The notes: generated by a model from the sequence alone, not told the origin. A stretch of DNA of 64,000 nucleotides from Coriobacteriales bacterium (GCA_051876075.1 JBJEHM010000023.1:6114-70113); one strand, 5' to 3'. Counted from the first letter of the stretch, positions 48,467 through 58,748 are shown. Translations and numbers: made by a program.

Positions 48467-49837
48467 ATGACCGAGTACTACAAGACCCCCACCTGCCCGC
48501 AGGCAGCCCAGTGCGGCGGCTGCGAGTGGCTGGCCGTGCCCTATCCCATACAGCTCGAGCGCAAGCGCGCGTCCCTGGCCGAGCTCTTCGCCTCCACGGG
48601 CGTCGAGCCCCAGGAGGTCGTGGGGATGGACGAGCCCCTGCACTACCGCGCCAAGGCGATGACGCCCTACCAGCCGGGAGAGAAGGGGAGCCTGCGCCAT
48701 GGTATGTACAAGGCGGGCACGCACCAGCTTGTCGAATGCCCCAGCTGCCTGGTCGAAGACCCTCGCGCCCGCCCCATCCTTGAGACCATCGCCCAGCTGT
48801 GCCGCAGCTTCCGCATCAAGGCCTACAGGGAAGACGAGGGCAGGGGGCTGCTGCGCCACGCGGTGGTGCGCTGCGCGGCAGAGACGGGCCAGGTCATGGT
48901 CACCCTGGTGGTCAACAGCAAGGAGTTCCCGCACAAGAAGGAGTTCGTCAAGGCTTTGAGGGACGCCCACCCAGAGATCTCGACCGTCGTGTTCAACATC
49001 AACACCCGAGACACCAACGCCGTGTTGGGCAACAGGGAGCAGGTGGCGTTCGGTCAGGGGTGGATAGAGGACAGGCTCTGCGGGCAGACCTTCCGCATCC
49101 CCAGCTCCGCCTTCTACCAGACCAACCCCCGCCAAACAGAGCTCCTCTACGAGACCGCAGTCGAGCTTGCGGGTCTGAAGGGTGGCGAGACCGTGCTCGA
49201 CGCCTACTGCGGCATCGGCACCATCGGCATCGTGGCTGCAAAGCGCTGCTTGCAGCGCCAGAGGGAGGGCCAGCCGGCGGGCTTCCACAAGAAGAAGGCC
49301 GCAAAGGCTGCCGCAAAGGGCAAGAAGGCGTCCAAGGAGCTCCAGATCAGGCCGGTTTCCCTAGTGGGCGTGGAGACAACGCCCGCTGCGGTGGAGATAG
49401 CGCAGGAAAACGCGCGCATCAACAAGGTCAATGGGGCCACCTTCATCCAGGCGGATGCGGGGGCCTTCCTGCGCGACTGCGGGGAGCGCTTTGACGTGGT
49501 CTTCCTCGACCCGCCGCGCGCGGGTGTCTCCGAGGACTTCATCCAAGGCCTGCTGGCAGCGCGCCCCAAGAGGGTCGTGTACATCAGCTGCAACCCAGAG
49601 ACGCAGCTCAGGGACATCCAGGCCCTCGAAGGCGCCTACACGCTCAAGCGACTCGTTCCCGTGGACATGTTCCCCCACACCAAGCACCTCGAGACGGTGG
49701 CACTGCTCGTGCGCACCCCCGCATCCAAGGCTGCTCCCAAGGCACCTCAGTGTGAGGAGCCCATCGAACAGCCACAGCCCGGCGAGCCGGCTCCTCGGCA
49801 AGATTCCGCCGTCGAGCTGCCCCAAGGGGAGGGCTAA
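48467..49837 (+). CDS. rlmD: 23S rRNA m5U methyltransferase (RlmD/TrmA family, no TRAM domain)
   Basis: C...QCGGC Fe-S motif, FYQTN, DAYCGIG, DPPRAG, YISCNPET, DMFPHT.H.E. Confidence 0.92.
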   Translation: MTEYYKTPTCPQAAQCGGCEWLAVPYPIQLERKRASLAELFASTGVEPQEVVGMDEPLHYRAKAMTPYQPGEKGSLRHGMYKAGTHQLVECPSCLVEDPRARPILETIAQLCRSFRIKAYREDEGRGLLRHAVVRCAAETGQVMVTLVVNSKEFPHKKEFVKALRDAHPEISTVVFNINTRDTNAVLGNREQVAFGQGWIEDRLCGQTFRIPSSAFYQTNPRQTELLYETAVELAGLKGGETVLDAYCGIGTIGIVAAKRCLQRQREGQPAGFHKKKAAKAAAKGKKASKELQIRPVSLVGVETTPAAVEIAQENARINKVNGATFIQADAGAFLRDCGERFDVVFLDPPRAGVSEDFIQGLLAARPKRVVYISCNPETQLRDIQALEGAYTLKRLVPVDMFPHTKHLETVALLVRTPASKAAPKAPQCEEPIEQPQPGEPAPRQDSAVELPQGEG

Positions 49838-49940
49838 AAACTCCCTTCCCTTTTGCGAGTTTGCATGTTAATATACCAATTCGCGTGTTTAGGATTTACG
49901 GCTTCCCCACACGGAGGGCCGTGTAGGAAAGGTTACGATC

Positions 49941-50120
49941 ATGGCTGTACCCAAAAGGAAGACTGGCCGAGCTGTCACCCATGCTCGCCGCTCTGCAAAC
50001 GACCGCTGCGCTACCCCCGCTCGCTCCGTCTGCCCTCAGTGCGGAGAGGTCAAGCTGCCCCACCGCGTGTGCCCCAGCTGCGGTTACTACAAGGACCGCG
50101 AGGTGCTCGAGGTCGAGTAA
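49941..50120 (+). CDS. rpmF: 50S ribosomal protein L32 (not in ORF track)
   Basis: Translated by hand: MAVPKRKTGRAVTHARRSANDRCATPARSVCPQCGEVKLPHRVCPSCGYYKDREVLEVE; GAAAGG RBS. Confidence 0.96.
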   Translation: MAVPKRKTGRAVTHARRSANDRCATPARSVCPQCGEVKLPHRVCPSCGYYKDREVLEVE

Positions 50121-50151
50121 GCTGCGCTAGCAGTCATACAACGTTTTCGAT

Positions 50152-50188
50152 AGGGAGCCGGCGGTTCAAGATCGCCGGCTCCCTTTCT
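50152..50188 (+). terminator. Terminator after rpmF
   Basis: AGGGAGCCGGCG / CGCCGGCTCCCT 12-bp stem followed by TTCT. Confidence 0.75.
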
Positions 50189-50352
50189 GTAGGCAGCTGC
50201 AACAGGGCGCACGGGCAAACCGTTGCCCTGCGGTTTTTGCGTGCGCCGCATGACGCGGGTATCCTGTGAAGCTGACCGTAACGCATCGCACAAGCTTGTG
50301 GGGGCCCGGCGGCCCGTGGAAGCGTGTGCGATACACCAGAGAGGAGACCGTC

Positions 50353-51345
50353 ATGGAGATGGTCACAGTTGTTGTCGACGCGCTTGGCGGTGACGACGCC
50401 CCTGCAGTCGTGCTCGAGGGCGTGGAGCAGGCCCTTGCCGCTGCGCAAGACATCCAGGTGATTCTCACCGGCCCGGCAGAGGTGGTCGAGCCCTTCGCCG
50501 CCGCGCACGAGCGCTGCGAGGCGATGGCCACAACCCAGGTTATAGAGATGGGTGAGCACCCTGCCAACGCAGTCCGCAGGAAGAAGGACTCCAGCATCGT
50601 GGTGGGCTGCCGCCTGGTGAAGGAGGGGAGGGCCCAGGGCTTCTTCAGCGCGGGCAGCACCGGTGCCTGCATGTCTGCCGCCACCCTCGTCATGGGCCGC
50701 ATCCCCGGGGTCAAGCGCCCCTGCATCGCGAGCGTGGTCCCCAGTCCGGTTGCCAAGACCATACTCTGCGACATGGGCGCCAACGCAGACTGCAAGCCCG
50801 AGTACCTGCTTCAGTTCGCCAAGATGGGGCAGGTTTACGCGCAGGTTGCCCTCGGCCTTGAGCATCCCAGCGTGGGTCTGCTCAACATCGGAGAAGAAGA
50901 GACCAAGGGCTCGCAGTTTGCCCAGGACTGCCACCAGCTCCTCAAGGAAGAGCTCCCTGGCTTTGCCGGCAACGCAGAGGGGAAGAACATCGCCCTGGGC
51001 GGCTTTGACGTCATCGTCACAGACGGCTTTACGGGCAACGTGGCGCTCAAGACCTACGAAGGCGTGGGCAAGGCGCTGCTCGGCTCGCTCAAGCAGACCC
51101 TCATGGGCTCTCTGAGGACCAAGATCGGCGCGCTGCTCATCAAGCCCGCGCTCAAGGAGCTCATGTCAAAGGTGAGCGCAGACGAGTACGGCGGAGCCCA
51201 GCTCCTGGGCGTGAAGGGCGTGTGCCTCATCGGGCACGGCAACAGCAACACCCAAGCTGTCTGCAGCGGCGTGTTGGCAACGGCCTCTGCCATTCGCATG
51301 GGCATGCCTGCAAAGCTCGCTGCGGCGATCGGGGAGGCCCAGTGA
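50353..51345 (+). CDS. plsX: Phosphate acyltransferase PlsX
   Basis: VDALGGDDAP, SAGSTGA, DMGANADC, LLNIGEEETKG, TDGFTGNV.LK, GHG.S. Confidence 0.96.
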   Translation: MEMVTVVVDALGGDDAPAVVLEGVEQALAAAQDIQVILTGPAEVVEPFAAAHERCEAMATTQVIEMGEHPANAVRRKKDSSIVVGCRLVKEGRAQGFFSAGSTGACMSAATLVMGRIPGVKRPCIASVVPSPVAKTILCDMGANADCKPEYLLQFAKMGQVYAQVALGLEHPSVGLLNIGEEETKGSQFAQDCHQLLKEELPGFAGNAEGKNIALGGFDVIVTDGFTGNVALKTYEGVGKALLGSLKQTLMGSLRTKIGALLIKPALKELMSKVSADEYGGAQLLGVKGVCLIGHGNSNTQAVCSGVLATASAIRMGMPAKLAAAIGEAQ

Positions 51346-52094
51346 TGGTGGCGCGCAGACCAAGCAAGCTGCTGAGCAAGCTGAGCATCCCGGAGGTCAG
51401 CCCCGAGCACGAGCAGCGCATCGAGCAGGCCCAGCAGATCATCGGCCGCGAGTTCAACGTCCCTGGCCTCCTGCAGGTGGCCCTCACGCACCCCAGCTAT
51501 GTCAAGTACACCAAGAGCGGGGACAACTACGAGCGCCTCGAGTTCCTGGGAGACAGCATTCTTGGGGCCATCATCGCAGAAGAGGTCTTTGGGATGTTCC
51601 CAGACCTGGAAGAAGGCGGCCTCACCCGCATCAAGGTGAGCCTCGTGAGCGGCGCGAGCCTCTCGCAGGTGTGCGGTGACCTGGGCTTGGGCGAGTGCAT
51701 CATCTTCGGGGACTCGGAAGCCGGCACCCAGGGCCGCGGTCTCCACAGCGCCCTGGAAAACGTCTACGAGGCCATCGTCGCCGCCCTCTACCTCGATGCC
51801 GGCATAGACGTTGCCCGCGAGTGGGTTATGAGGACGCTCGGACCCCATATCAGCCGCGACATCGCCACAGAGCCGGAGAGCCCCAAGAGCTCGCTGCAGG
51901 AGTACCTCCAGGCGCGGCGCCGCAAGCCCACCTACCGGATCACGGACATCATCGGGCCCCCGCACGACCGCGTCTTCCAAGCTGCCGTGTACTGCGGGGA
52001 AGAGCTCATCGGCACGGGCGAGGGCCACAGCAAGAAGGCTGCCGAGGCCGCTGCCGCACAGCAGGCGCTCGAGACCCTGGGGGTTGTCAAGTAG
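51345..52094 (+). CDS. rnc: Ribonuclease III
   Basis: ALTHPSY, NYERLEFLGDS, dsRBD with KSSLQEYLQ and SKKAAE; TGATG overlap with plsX. Confidence 0.97.
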   Translation: MVARRPSKLLSKLSIPEVSPEHEQRIEQAQQIIGREFNVPGLLQVALTHPSYVKYTKSGDNYERLEFLGDSILGAIIAEEVFGMFPDLEEGGLTRIKVSLVSGASLSQVCGDLGLGECIIFGDSEAGTQGRGLHSALENVYEAIVAALYLDAGIDVAREWVMRTLGPHISRDIATEPESPKSSLQEYLQARRRKPTYRITDIIGPPHDRVFQAAVYCGEELIGTGEGHSKKAAEAAAAQQALETLGVVK

Positions 52095-52160
52095 ACTGCC
52101 CACAGCGGGCTCCGTGCTAGAATCAATCAGTTATGCCCACCTGCAAACAAAGGGTTGCGC

Positions 52161-55100
52161 GTGTATCTCAAATCGCTTGTTCTCAAAGGATTCAAGTCGT
52201 TCGCAGACCGCTCTGTGCTCAGGCTCGAGCCCGGCATGACCGTCGTCGTGGGGCCCAACGGCTCTGGCAAGTCGAATGTCAGCGACGCGGTCTTGTGGGT
52301 GCTCGGCGAGCAGAGCGCCAAGCAGCTGCGCGGCCAGGCCATGGAAGACGTCATCTTCGCCGGCAGCAGCGCGCGCCAGGCTGTGAGCTTGGCCGAGGTC
52401 GACCTCGTGCTCGACAACAGCGATGGAACGCTGCCCCTCGACTTCAACGAGGTCGTCATAACGCGCCGCATGTACCGCAGCGGAGACAGCGAGTACCTCA
52501 TCAACGGCAGCCCCAGCCGCCTCATGGACATACTCGACGTGCTCAACGACTCCGGCTTGGGCCGCGACGCGCACTCCATCATCTCGCAGGGCGCGCTGCA
52601 GTCACTCCTGCAGTCCCGCCCAGAGGACCGCAGGGTGCTCATCGAAGAGGCCGCGGGCATCCTCAAGCACAAGAAGCGCAAGGAGCGCGCCGCAAAGAAG
52701 CTCCGCAACATGGACGCCGAGCTCGAGCGCGTCAACGATATCGCGGCAGAGATCGACCGCCAGCTCAGGCCGCTCGAGCGTCAGGCGAGCCGCGCCAGGC
52801 AGTACGAGCAGCTCGCCGGCGAGCTCAAGGAGGTCAACCTGACGCTGGCCGTTGACGACCTGCGCTCGCTCCAGCGCGAGTGGGAGGCCCTCGAGCTGCG
52901 CGAGAAGGAGGCGGATGCCGGCGTAGAGCTCGTGCGCTACCGTCTTGACGAGCGCAACCGCGAGCTGGAGAAGCTGCAGCGCCTGCTCGAGGAGAAGGGC
53001 CTCTTCGTGGGCGACCTCGCCGAGCAGCGCCGCCGCTGCCAGATGGTGCTCGCCCAGCTCGACAGCAGCATGCTCCTGCTCGAGGAGAAGGGCCGCAACA
53101 TGGTGACCCGCCTCTCGGAGCTGCGTCAGACCATTCACCAGAGCGAGAGGGGCCTGACTGAGTCCCGCGAGCGCCTGGAGAGGGCGAGCGTGGAGCAGGT
53201 CGAGGCAGAGGCCTCGCTCAAGACCGTCCAGGGCCAGGTGTCGGAGGCGAGCATCTCCCTCGAGGAGACCCGCAAGCAGCGCAAGAGCCAGGACATAGAG
53301 CTCGGGCACCTCAATGGGGCTCTTCGCTCGCATGAGCGCCAGATCGACGAGCTCACCCTCCAGGTGCTCAAGGCAACCGAGAGCCTGGCTACGGCCGATG
53401 TCGAAGACGACCTGCTCAAGCGCCGCGTCCAGCAGATCGACGACAGCTTCGGTGCAACCCAGGCCACGCTCGCTGCGCGCCGCTCCCGCATCGGCGAGCT
53501 CGAGGAGCGCCTCGAAGGCCTTCAGCACGAGTCCGCCCTTGCCAAGAGCGACATCGACAAGCGCGTGCGCCTCGTCGACGACGCCCGCCGCGTGGTGGGG
53601 GACAAGCGCGATGCTGTCGCGGAGCTCCAGGCAGAGCTGAAGGGCCTCAAGGAGGTCGACCGCGCCTTCGACGATGCGAGTCCCCTGCTCAGCCGGGCGC
53701 TTGCCCAGCGCGCAGAGGGGGACGGCATCGTCGCGCCCCTGAGCGAACTGCTGCGCGCGCCGGCAGAGCTCGAGCATCTGGTCGAGCTCCTGCTGGGAGA
53801 AGACCTCTTTGGCTTGGCAACGCAAGACACTGCCAGCGCGCTCAAGCTTGCAGAGCGTCTGCTCGCGGGCGACGAGGAAGGCGGCGAGCTGACCCTCGTA
53901 CCCCTTGAGGGCTGCGCCAACGTCCAGGATGTGTGCGCAAGCGGCACGCGCCTGCTCGAGCTGCTCGACGTCGAGCCGCGCCATGCTGCGATGGCAGAGG
54001 TCCTACTGGGAGACGTCTACCTGGCAGACAGCCTCGAGTCCGCGCTCAGCGCCGTGCACAGCGGATCGGGCGCGCGCTTTGTCACCCGCGAGGGTGTGGT
54101 GGTGTGGCCCAGCGGCAAGATCTGCATCGGCCAGCCCTCTGCAGACACAGAGGGCGTCCTGGCCCGCAAGCGCCGCATCGCCGCCTTGGGGCAAGAGATC
54201 CCCGCCGCCCAGGCCGCCGTCGAGGCTGCCTTGGAGGAGCTCTCCCTCGCCGAGTCCAGGCTCCAGCTCGCCCAGGCCGACGACTTCGAGCTCTCGCAGT
54301 CGATTGCCCAGCTCAACGGTGAGAGGGACTCTTTGCGCGAGGAGGTGGGCCGCCTGGAAGCGAGCATCACCGGCCTCATGCAGGAGCGCGAGGAGATTAG
54401 CCTGCGCCGCGAGAAGGTAGCGCGAGAAACCGAGGAGACGCGCCAGCGCGTGGCCGAGCTCCAGGAGCGCAAGGAGCAGCTTGCCGAGGAGCGCGTCCAG
54501 CTCGAAGAGCAGGCTGCTGCGTCCAAGGAGCAGCGCACCGGGCTCTTCCAGGAAGAGACGGCCGCCACCACCCGCATCCAACAGCTCCAAGTCGAGCTCG
54601 CCACTATCCGCGAGCGCGAGCGCCACCTGCGCTCCACCTGCGAGTCCAGCACCCGCACTATCCAGCAGCTCGAAGAGCAGCTCGAGGTCTCGCACCAGAC
54701 CGAGCACAACCTGGAGATTCTGCGCCTGAGGGTCGAGCCCCTCTACCAGCTCTTCACCGAGCTGCGCGACGTCGTGCGCGAAAAGGCCGAGATGTTGAGG
54801 GACCGCGCCCAGCTCGAGCAGGCCGGGCAGGGAGACCTGCGCAACACCATCGAGGAGGCGCGCCGCGCCGCCCAAGAGCAGCAGGCGCAACTCGACGAGG
54901 CGAGCGAGGGCCTGGTCCAGGTGCGCATAGAGAAGTCGAAGCTCGAGGTGCGCGTCGAGCAGGCCATCAAGGTCATCACGCAGGAAAACGGCGTCTTGCT
55001 CGACATCGCCTTAGAGATGCCGGCACCGGAGGACCGCGCAGAGCTCGAGCAGCGCCGCGACAGGCTCTCCAAGCGCATCAAGGGCCTGGGCAGCGTCAAC

Positions 55101-55745
55101 CCCGTCGCAGTCGAGGAGTACCGCAAGCTCAAGGAGAGGCGGGACTTCATCGCCATCCAGGTCGAGGACCTCGAAGGCGCGGCAAAGGCGCTCGACCGCA
55201 TCGTCGCTGCCATAGACCGCAAGATGCGCAACCGCTTCATGGAGACCTTCAACCAGGTCAATGCCAACTTCCAAGAGATCATCCAGTCGCTGTTCCCCGG
55301 CGGGCAGGGCCACCTCGAGCTCACAGACCCAGAGAACCCGGAGACCACCGGCGTCGAGGTCCATGCCCAACCGCGCGGCAAGGCGGTGCGCAAGCAGAGC
55401 CTGCTTTCCGGCGGCGAGCAGAGCTTGGTGAGCCTGGCCCTCATGTTCGCGGTGTACAGGGTCAACAACACGCCCTTCTACATCCTCGACGAGGTCGAGG
55501 CCGCCCTCGACGACACCAACCTCCGCAGGCTGCTCTCGTACCTGGACTCCATCCGCGAGTCCACCCAGGTGATCATGATCAGCCACCAGCGCCGCACCAT
55601 GGAGATGGCCGACCTTCTCTACGGTGTGTCCATGCGCAGCGACGGAGTCTCTAAGCTCGTCAGCCAAAAGCTCGACCAGGCCATTCGCAGCGCGAGCGGC
55701 CCCAATGCGGCGCGCGACGTCGAGTCGTTCAGCGGCGCCCAGTAG
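52161..55745 (+). CDS. smc: Chromosome segregation protein SMC
   Basis: GFKSFA, GPNGSGKSN, long coiled coils with central hinge, LSGGEQ, ILDEVEAALD. Confidence 0.97.
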   Translation: MYLKSLVLKGFKSFADRSVLRLEPGMTVVVGPNGSGKSNVSDAVLWVLGEQSAKQLRGQAMEDVIFAGSSARQAVSLAEVDLVLDNSDGTLPLDFNEVVITRRMYRSGDSEYLINGSPSRLMDILDVLNDSGLGRDAHSIISQGALQSLLQSRPEDRRVLIEEAAGILKHKKRKERAAKKLRNMDAELERVNDIAAEIDRQLRPLERQASRARQYEQLAGELKEVNLTLAVDDLRSLQREWEALELREKEADAGVELVRYRLDERNRELEKLQRLLEEKGLFVGDLAEQRRRCQMVLAQLDSSMLLLEEKGRNMVTRLSELRQTIHQSERGLTESRERLERASVEQVEAEASLKTVQGQVSEASISLEETRKQRKSQDIELGHLNGALRSHERQIDELTLQVLKATESLATADVEDDLLKRRVQQIDDSFGATQATLAARRSRIGELEERLEGLQHESALAKSDIDKRVRLVDDARRVVGDKRDAVAELQAELKGLKEVDRAFDDASPLLSRALAQRAEGDGIVAPLSELLRAPAELEHLVELLLGEDLFGLATQDTASALKLAERLLAGDEEGGELTLVPLEGCANVQDVCASGTRLLELLDVEPRHAAMAEVLLGDVYLADSLESALSAVHSGSGARFVTREGVVVWPSGKICIGQPSADTEGVLARKRRIAALGQEIPAAQAAVEAALEELSLAESRLQLAQADDFELSQSIAQLNGERDSLREEVGRLEASITGLMQEREEISLRREKVARETEETRQRVAELQERKEQLAEERVQLEEQAAASKEQRTGLFQEETAATTRIQQLQVELATIRERERHLRSTCESSTRTIQQLEEQLEVSHQTEHNLEILRLRVEPLYQLFTELRDVVREKAEMLRDRAQLEQAGQGDLRNTIEEARRAAQEQQAQLDEASEGLVQVRIEKSKLEVRVEQAIKVITQENGVLLDIALEMPAPEDRAELEQRRDRLSKRIKGLGSVNPVAVEEYRKLKERRDFIAIQVEDLEGAAKALDRIVAAIDRKMRNRFMETFNQVNANFQEIIQSLFPGGQGHLELTDPENPETTGVEVHAQPRGKAVRKQSLLSGGEQSLVSLALMFAVYRVNNTPFYILDEVEAALDDTNLRRLLSYLDSIRESTQVIMISHQRRTMEMADLLYGVSMRSDGVSKLVSQKLDQAIRSASGPNAARDVESFSGAQ

Positions 55746-55773
55746 TGTCAACCAGCCAGGGGAGGAGGTTCCC

Positions 55774-56679
55774 ATGTCCCTGAAAGAACGCCTTGCGAGG
55801 GCCCGCCAGAGCCTGACCGAGAGCATGAACGTCCTGTTCAAACGCGGACCCGAGGTAGACGAGGACTTCTGGGAGGATCTTGAGGAGACCCTCATCCTGG
55901 CAGACCTTGGCGCCCAGGCCGCAGAGGAGATCGTCGAGCGCTTGAGGGATACCGCAACGCGCAAGGCCCTCCCAGACGCCTACGCCGTCCTCGATCTGCT
56001 GGCCCAGACCATCGAGGGCCTCTTCACCCAGGCAGACCCGGACCCCTTCGACGAAAACCCCGTGTGCGTGCTCTTTGTGGGGATCAACGGGGCGGGCAAG
56101 ACCACCACGGTGGGCAAGCTCGCAAACCAGGCGCTCGCCCAGGGCCGCAAGCCCCTCATCGGCAGCGCAGACACCTTCCGCGCTGCGGCGATCGAGCAGC
56201 TCGACGCCTGGGGAGAGCGCAGCGGCGTAGAGGTCGTCAAGCGCGAGCGCGGGGCAGACCCCGGCTCGGTGTGCTATGACGTGCTCGAGCGCGCGGAGGA
56301 GCTGGGCAGCGACCTCGTGCTCATCGACACCTCGGGGCGCCTCCACACCAGCGCCGACCTCATGCGCGAGCTCGAGAAGGTCGTGGCTGTCACGCGCAAG
56401 CGCGCCTCCATTCCCGTGCGCGTGGTGCTCGTCATCGATGCCACCACCGGTCAGAACGGCTTGCAGCAGGCGCGCGAGTTCAACAAGGCCCTGGGCCTGG
56501 ACGGCGTGGTCATGACCAAGCTCGACGGCACGGCCAAGGGAGGCATCGCCGTGGCTGTCTCGCACGAGCTGCAGCTGCCCATCCTGCGCATGGGGGTGGG
56601 CGAGTCCATCGAGGACCTTCAGCCCTTCGACCCCCACGCCTTTGCCGAGGCGCTCTTTGGCGAGATGCGCCAGGCCTAG
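55774..56679 (+). CDS. ftsY: SRP receptor FtsY (short, no acidic domain)
   Basis: GINGAGKTTT, DTFRAAA, DTSGR, TKLDGTAKGG. Confidence 0.96.
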   Translation: MSLKERLARARQSLTESMNVLFKRGPEVDEDFWEDLEETLILADLGAQAAEEIVERLRDTATRKALPDAYAVLDLLAQTIEGLFTQADPDPFDENPVCVLFVGINGAGKTTTVGKLANQALAQGRKPLIGSADTFRAAAIEQLDAWGERSGVEVVKRERGADPGSVCYDVLERAEELGSDLVLIDTSGRLHTSADLMRELEKVVAVTRKRASIPVRVVLVIDATTGQNGLQQAREFNKALGLDGVVMTKLDGTAKGGIAVAVSHELQLPILRMGVGESIEDLQPFDPHAFAEALFGEMRQA

Positions 56680-56712
56680 CACCGTCACGCAACCAATACC
56701 GAGGAAGATCCT

Positions 56713-58140
56713 ATGTTCGAGAACCTTTCTGCAAAGCTCCAGGGCGTCTTCGGCGGCCTCAAGAGCAAGGGCCGTCTCACCGAGGCAGACATCGATGCCG
56801 CCATGAAGGAGATCCGCATGGCGTTGCTCGAGGCAGACGTCAACTTCAAGGTGGTCAAGGGATTCGTTAAGCGCACCAAGGAGCGCTGCCTCACGGCCGA
56901 TGTCATGGACAGCCTGACCCCCGCCCAAAACGTCGTCAAGATCGTCAACGACGAGCTCACGGCCCTGCTGGGTGGAGAAACCGTCCGTCTCGACTTTGGC
57001 AGCCGCATCCCGGGCGTCATCATGATGGTCGGCCTGCAGGGCTCCGGCAAGACCACCGCCAGCGCCAAGCTGGCATACCGCCTCACCAAGATGGGGCACA
57101 CCCCGCTGCTCGCCGCCTGCGACGTCTACCGCCCCGCTGCCGCAGACCAGCTGCAGACCCTCGGCGACGAGCAGGGCGTGCGCGTCTTCCGCGGGGACGG
57201 CGCCGACCCGGTCGGCATCGCCAAGGGCGCGGTCCGCGATGCCATCGACAACCTGAGAGACGTGGTCATCATCGACACCGCTGGCCGCCTCCACGTTGAC
57301 GAGGCCATGATGGACGAGGCCGTCGCCATCCGCGACGCGGTGAAGCCCGACTACATCTTCTTCGTGGTCGACGCCATGACCGGCCAGGACGCTGTCACCA
57401 CGGCAGCCGCCTTTGCGGAAAAAGTCGACTTCGACGGCGTGATCATGTCCAAGATGGACGGCGATGCCCGCGGCGGCGGTGCCCTCTCCATTCGCGAGGT
57501 CACCGGCAAGCCCATCGCCTTCATCAGCGCGGGAGAGAAGCCCGACTCCCTCGAGGTCTTCCATCCCAGCCGCATGGCCGGCCGCATCTTGGGTATGGGC
57601 GACGTGCTCTCTGTTATCGAGAAAGCCGTCGAGGTCCAAGAGCAGCAGATCGCCGCGGAGGAGGCTGAGCGCCTCGCCAAGGCGGAGTTCACCTTCGAGG
57701 ACTTCTACACGGTCATCGGCCAGACCCGCAAGATGGGCGGTCTCAACAAGCTTGTCGAGGCCCTGCCCGGCGGTGCCAAGGCCCAGGCAGAGGGCAGGGT
57801 TGACGAAGGCGAGCTCGACCGCGTCGAGGCCATCATCAACTCCATGACGCCAGAGGAGCGCCGCAAGCCCCAGGTGCTCAACGGCAGCAGGCGCGCGCGC
57901 ATCGCCCGCGGCTGCGGCCTGAGCGTCACGGAGGTCAACCAGGTCATCAAGAAGTTCAACGAGACCCGCAAGATGGTGAAGAAGCTCACCGCCAAGGCAA
58001 AGCAGGCCGAGCAGGCGTCCAAGGGCAAGAAGGGCAAGAAGCGCAAGGGGCTCTTCGGCCGCAGTGCCGGCATCCCCGGGCTCGAGGGCGTCGACATGAA
58101 GGCCATCGCCAAGATGATGAAGGACGGCGGCCTGGACTAG
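56713..58140 (+). CDS. ffh: Signal recognition particle protein
   Basis: MFENLS.KL, GLQGSGKTT, DTAGR, DGDARGG, M domain NGSRRARIARG. Confidence 0.97.
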   Translation: MFENLSAKLQGVFGGLKSKGRLTEADIDAAMKEIRMALLEADVNFKVVKGFVKRTKERCLTADVMDSLTPAQNVVKIVNDELTALLGGETVRLDFGSRIPGVIMMVGLQGSGKTTASAKLAYRLTKMGHTPLLAACDVYRPAAADQLQTLGDEQGVRVFRGDGADPVGIAKGAVRDAIDNLRDVVIIDTAGRLHVDEAMMDEAVAIRDAVKPDYIFFVVDAMTGQDAVTTAAAFAEKVDFDGVIMSKMDGDARGGGALSIREVTGKPIAFISAGEKPDSLEVFHPSRMAGRILGMGDVLSVIEKAVEVQEQQIAAEEAERLAKAEFTFEDFYTVIGQTRKMGGLNKLVEALPGGAKAQAEGRVDEGELDRVEAIINSMTPEERRKPQVLNGSRRARIARGCGLSVTEVNQVIKKFNETRKMVKKLTAKAKQAEQASKGKKGKKRKGLFGRSAGIPGLEGVDMKAIAKMMKDGGLD

Positions 58141-58748
58141 GCCTGCCGGCTCAAGCGCAGCTCCAATCCGGCGAGGTAATCCTCGAGCATCTCCTCTATG
58201 CAATCGAGCACATGGGTGGGCTCTGCCACGATGTCGCCGTTGAGCCAGCTCATGAGGGCGGACTCCAGCATGTGCGCGATGTAGCGGCAGCGCTCCCGGG
58301 CGCTGTCCTCTTCCATGCCGGCGGCCGACAGCTTGGGAAGGAACTCCTGCTCGAGCTCGCGGTTAACGAGTTCGAGCAGCTCCTCCCGCAGGCCCTTGTC
58401 CCCGAGCGCCGGCACGATCATCTCCTTGAGGGCCGGGTTCTCGGCCAGCCAGTTCAGGGTCTCACTCGCGCTCTCCTTCCATCCCTGCCGCCCCGTTTCC
58501 CGTGCGCCCGCCTGTCCAAAGGCCCGCTCCAGCTCGCGCTCATATGCGTATTGGGCCAGCTGGGGGATGCTCTTGAAGTAGTAGTAGAAGGTCTGGCGGT
58601 CGATGCCGCATGCGTCTGTGATCTGCTTGACGCGCAGCGTGTCCAGTGCCTCGCCTTGAGAAAGCAAGCCAACCAGGGCGTCTGCAAGGGATTCCCTGGT
58701 GCTGGGACCTCGCTGCCCGCCTCGCACGGTGTTCCTCCCAGTTCCCAT
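58137..58748 (-). CDS. TetR/AcrR family transcriptional regulator
   Basis: HTH: LADAL..LL, LRVKQITDACGIDRQTFYYYFKSI. Confidence 0.88.
   Translation of the reverse strand: MGTGRNTVRGGQRGPSTRESLADALVGLLSQGEALDTLRVKQITDACGIDRQTFYYYFKSIPQLAQYAYERELERAFGQAGARETGRQGWKESASETLNWLAENPALKEMIVPALGDKGLREELLELVNRELEQEFLPKLSAAGMEEDSARERCRYIAHMLESALMSWLNGDIVAEPTHVLDCIEEMLEDYLAGLELRLSRQA

Noticed and set aside
50206-50247. c-di-GMP-I riboswitch-like start (GCACGGGCAAACC)
   Set aside because: Folds as a simple hairpin, lacks the GAAA loop and GGACGCAAAGCC segment, and lies upstream of the likely -10
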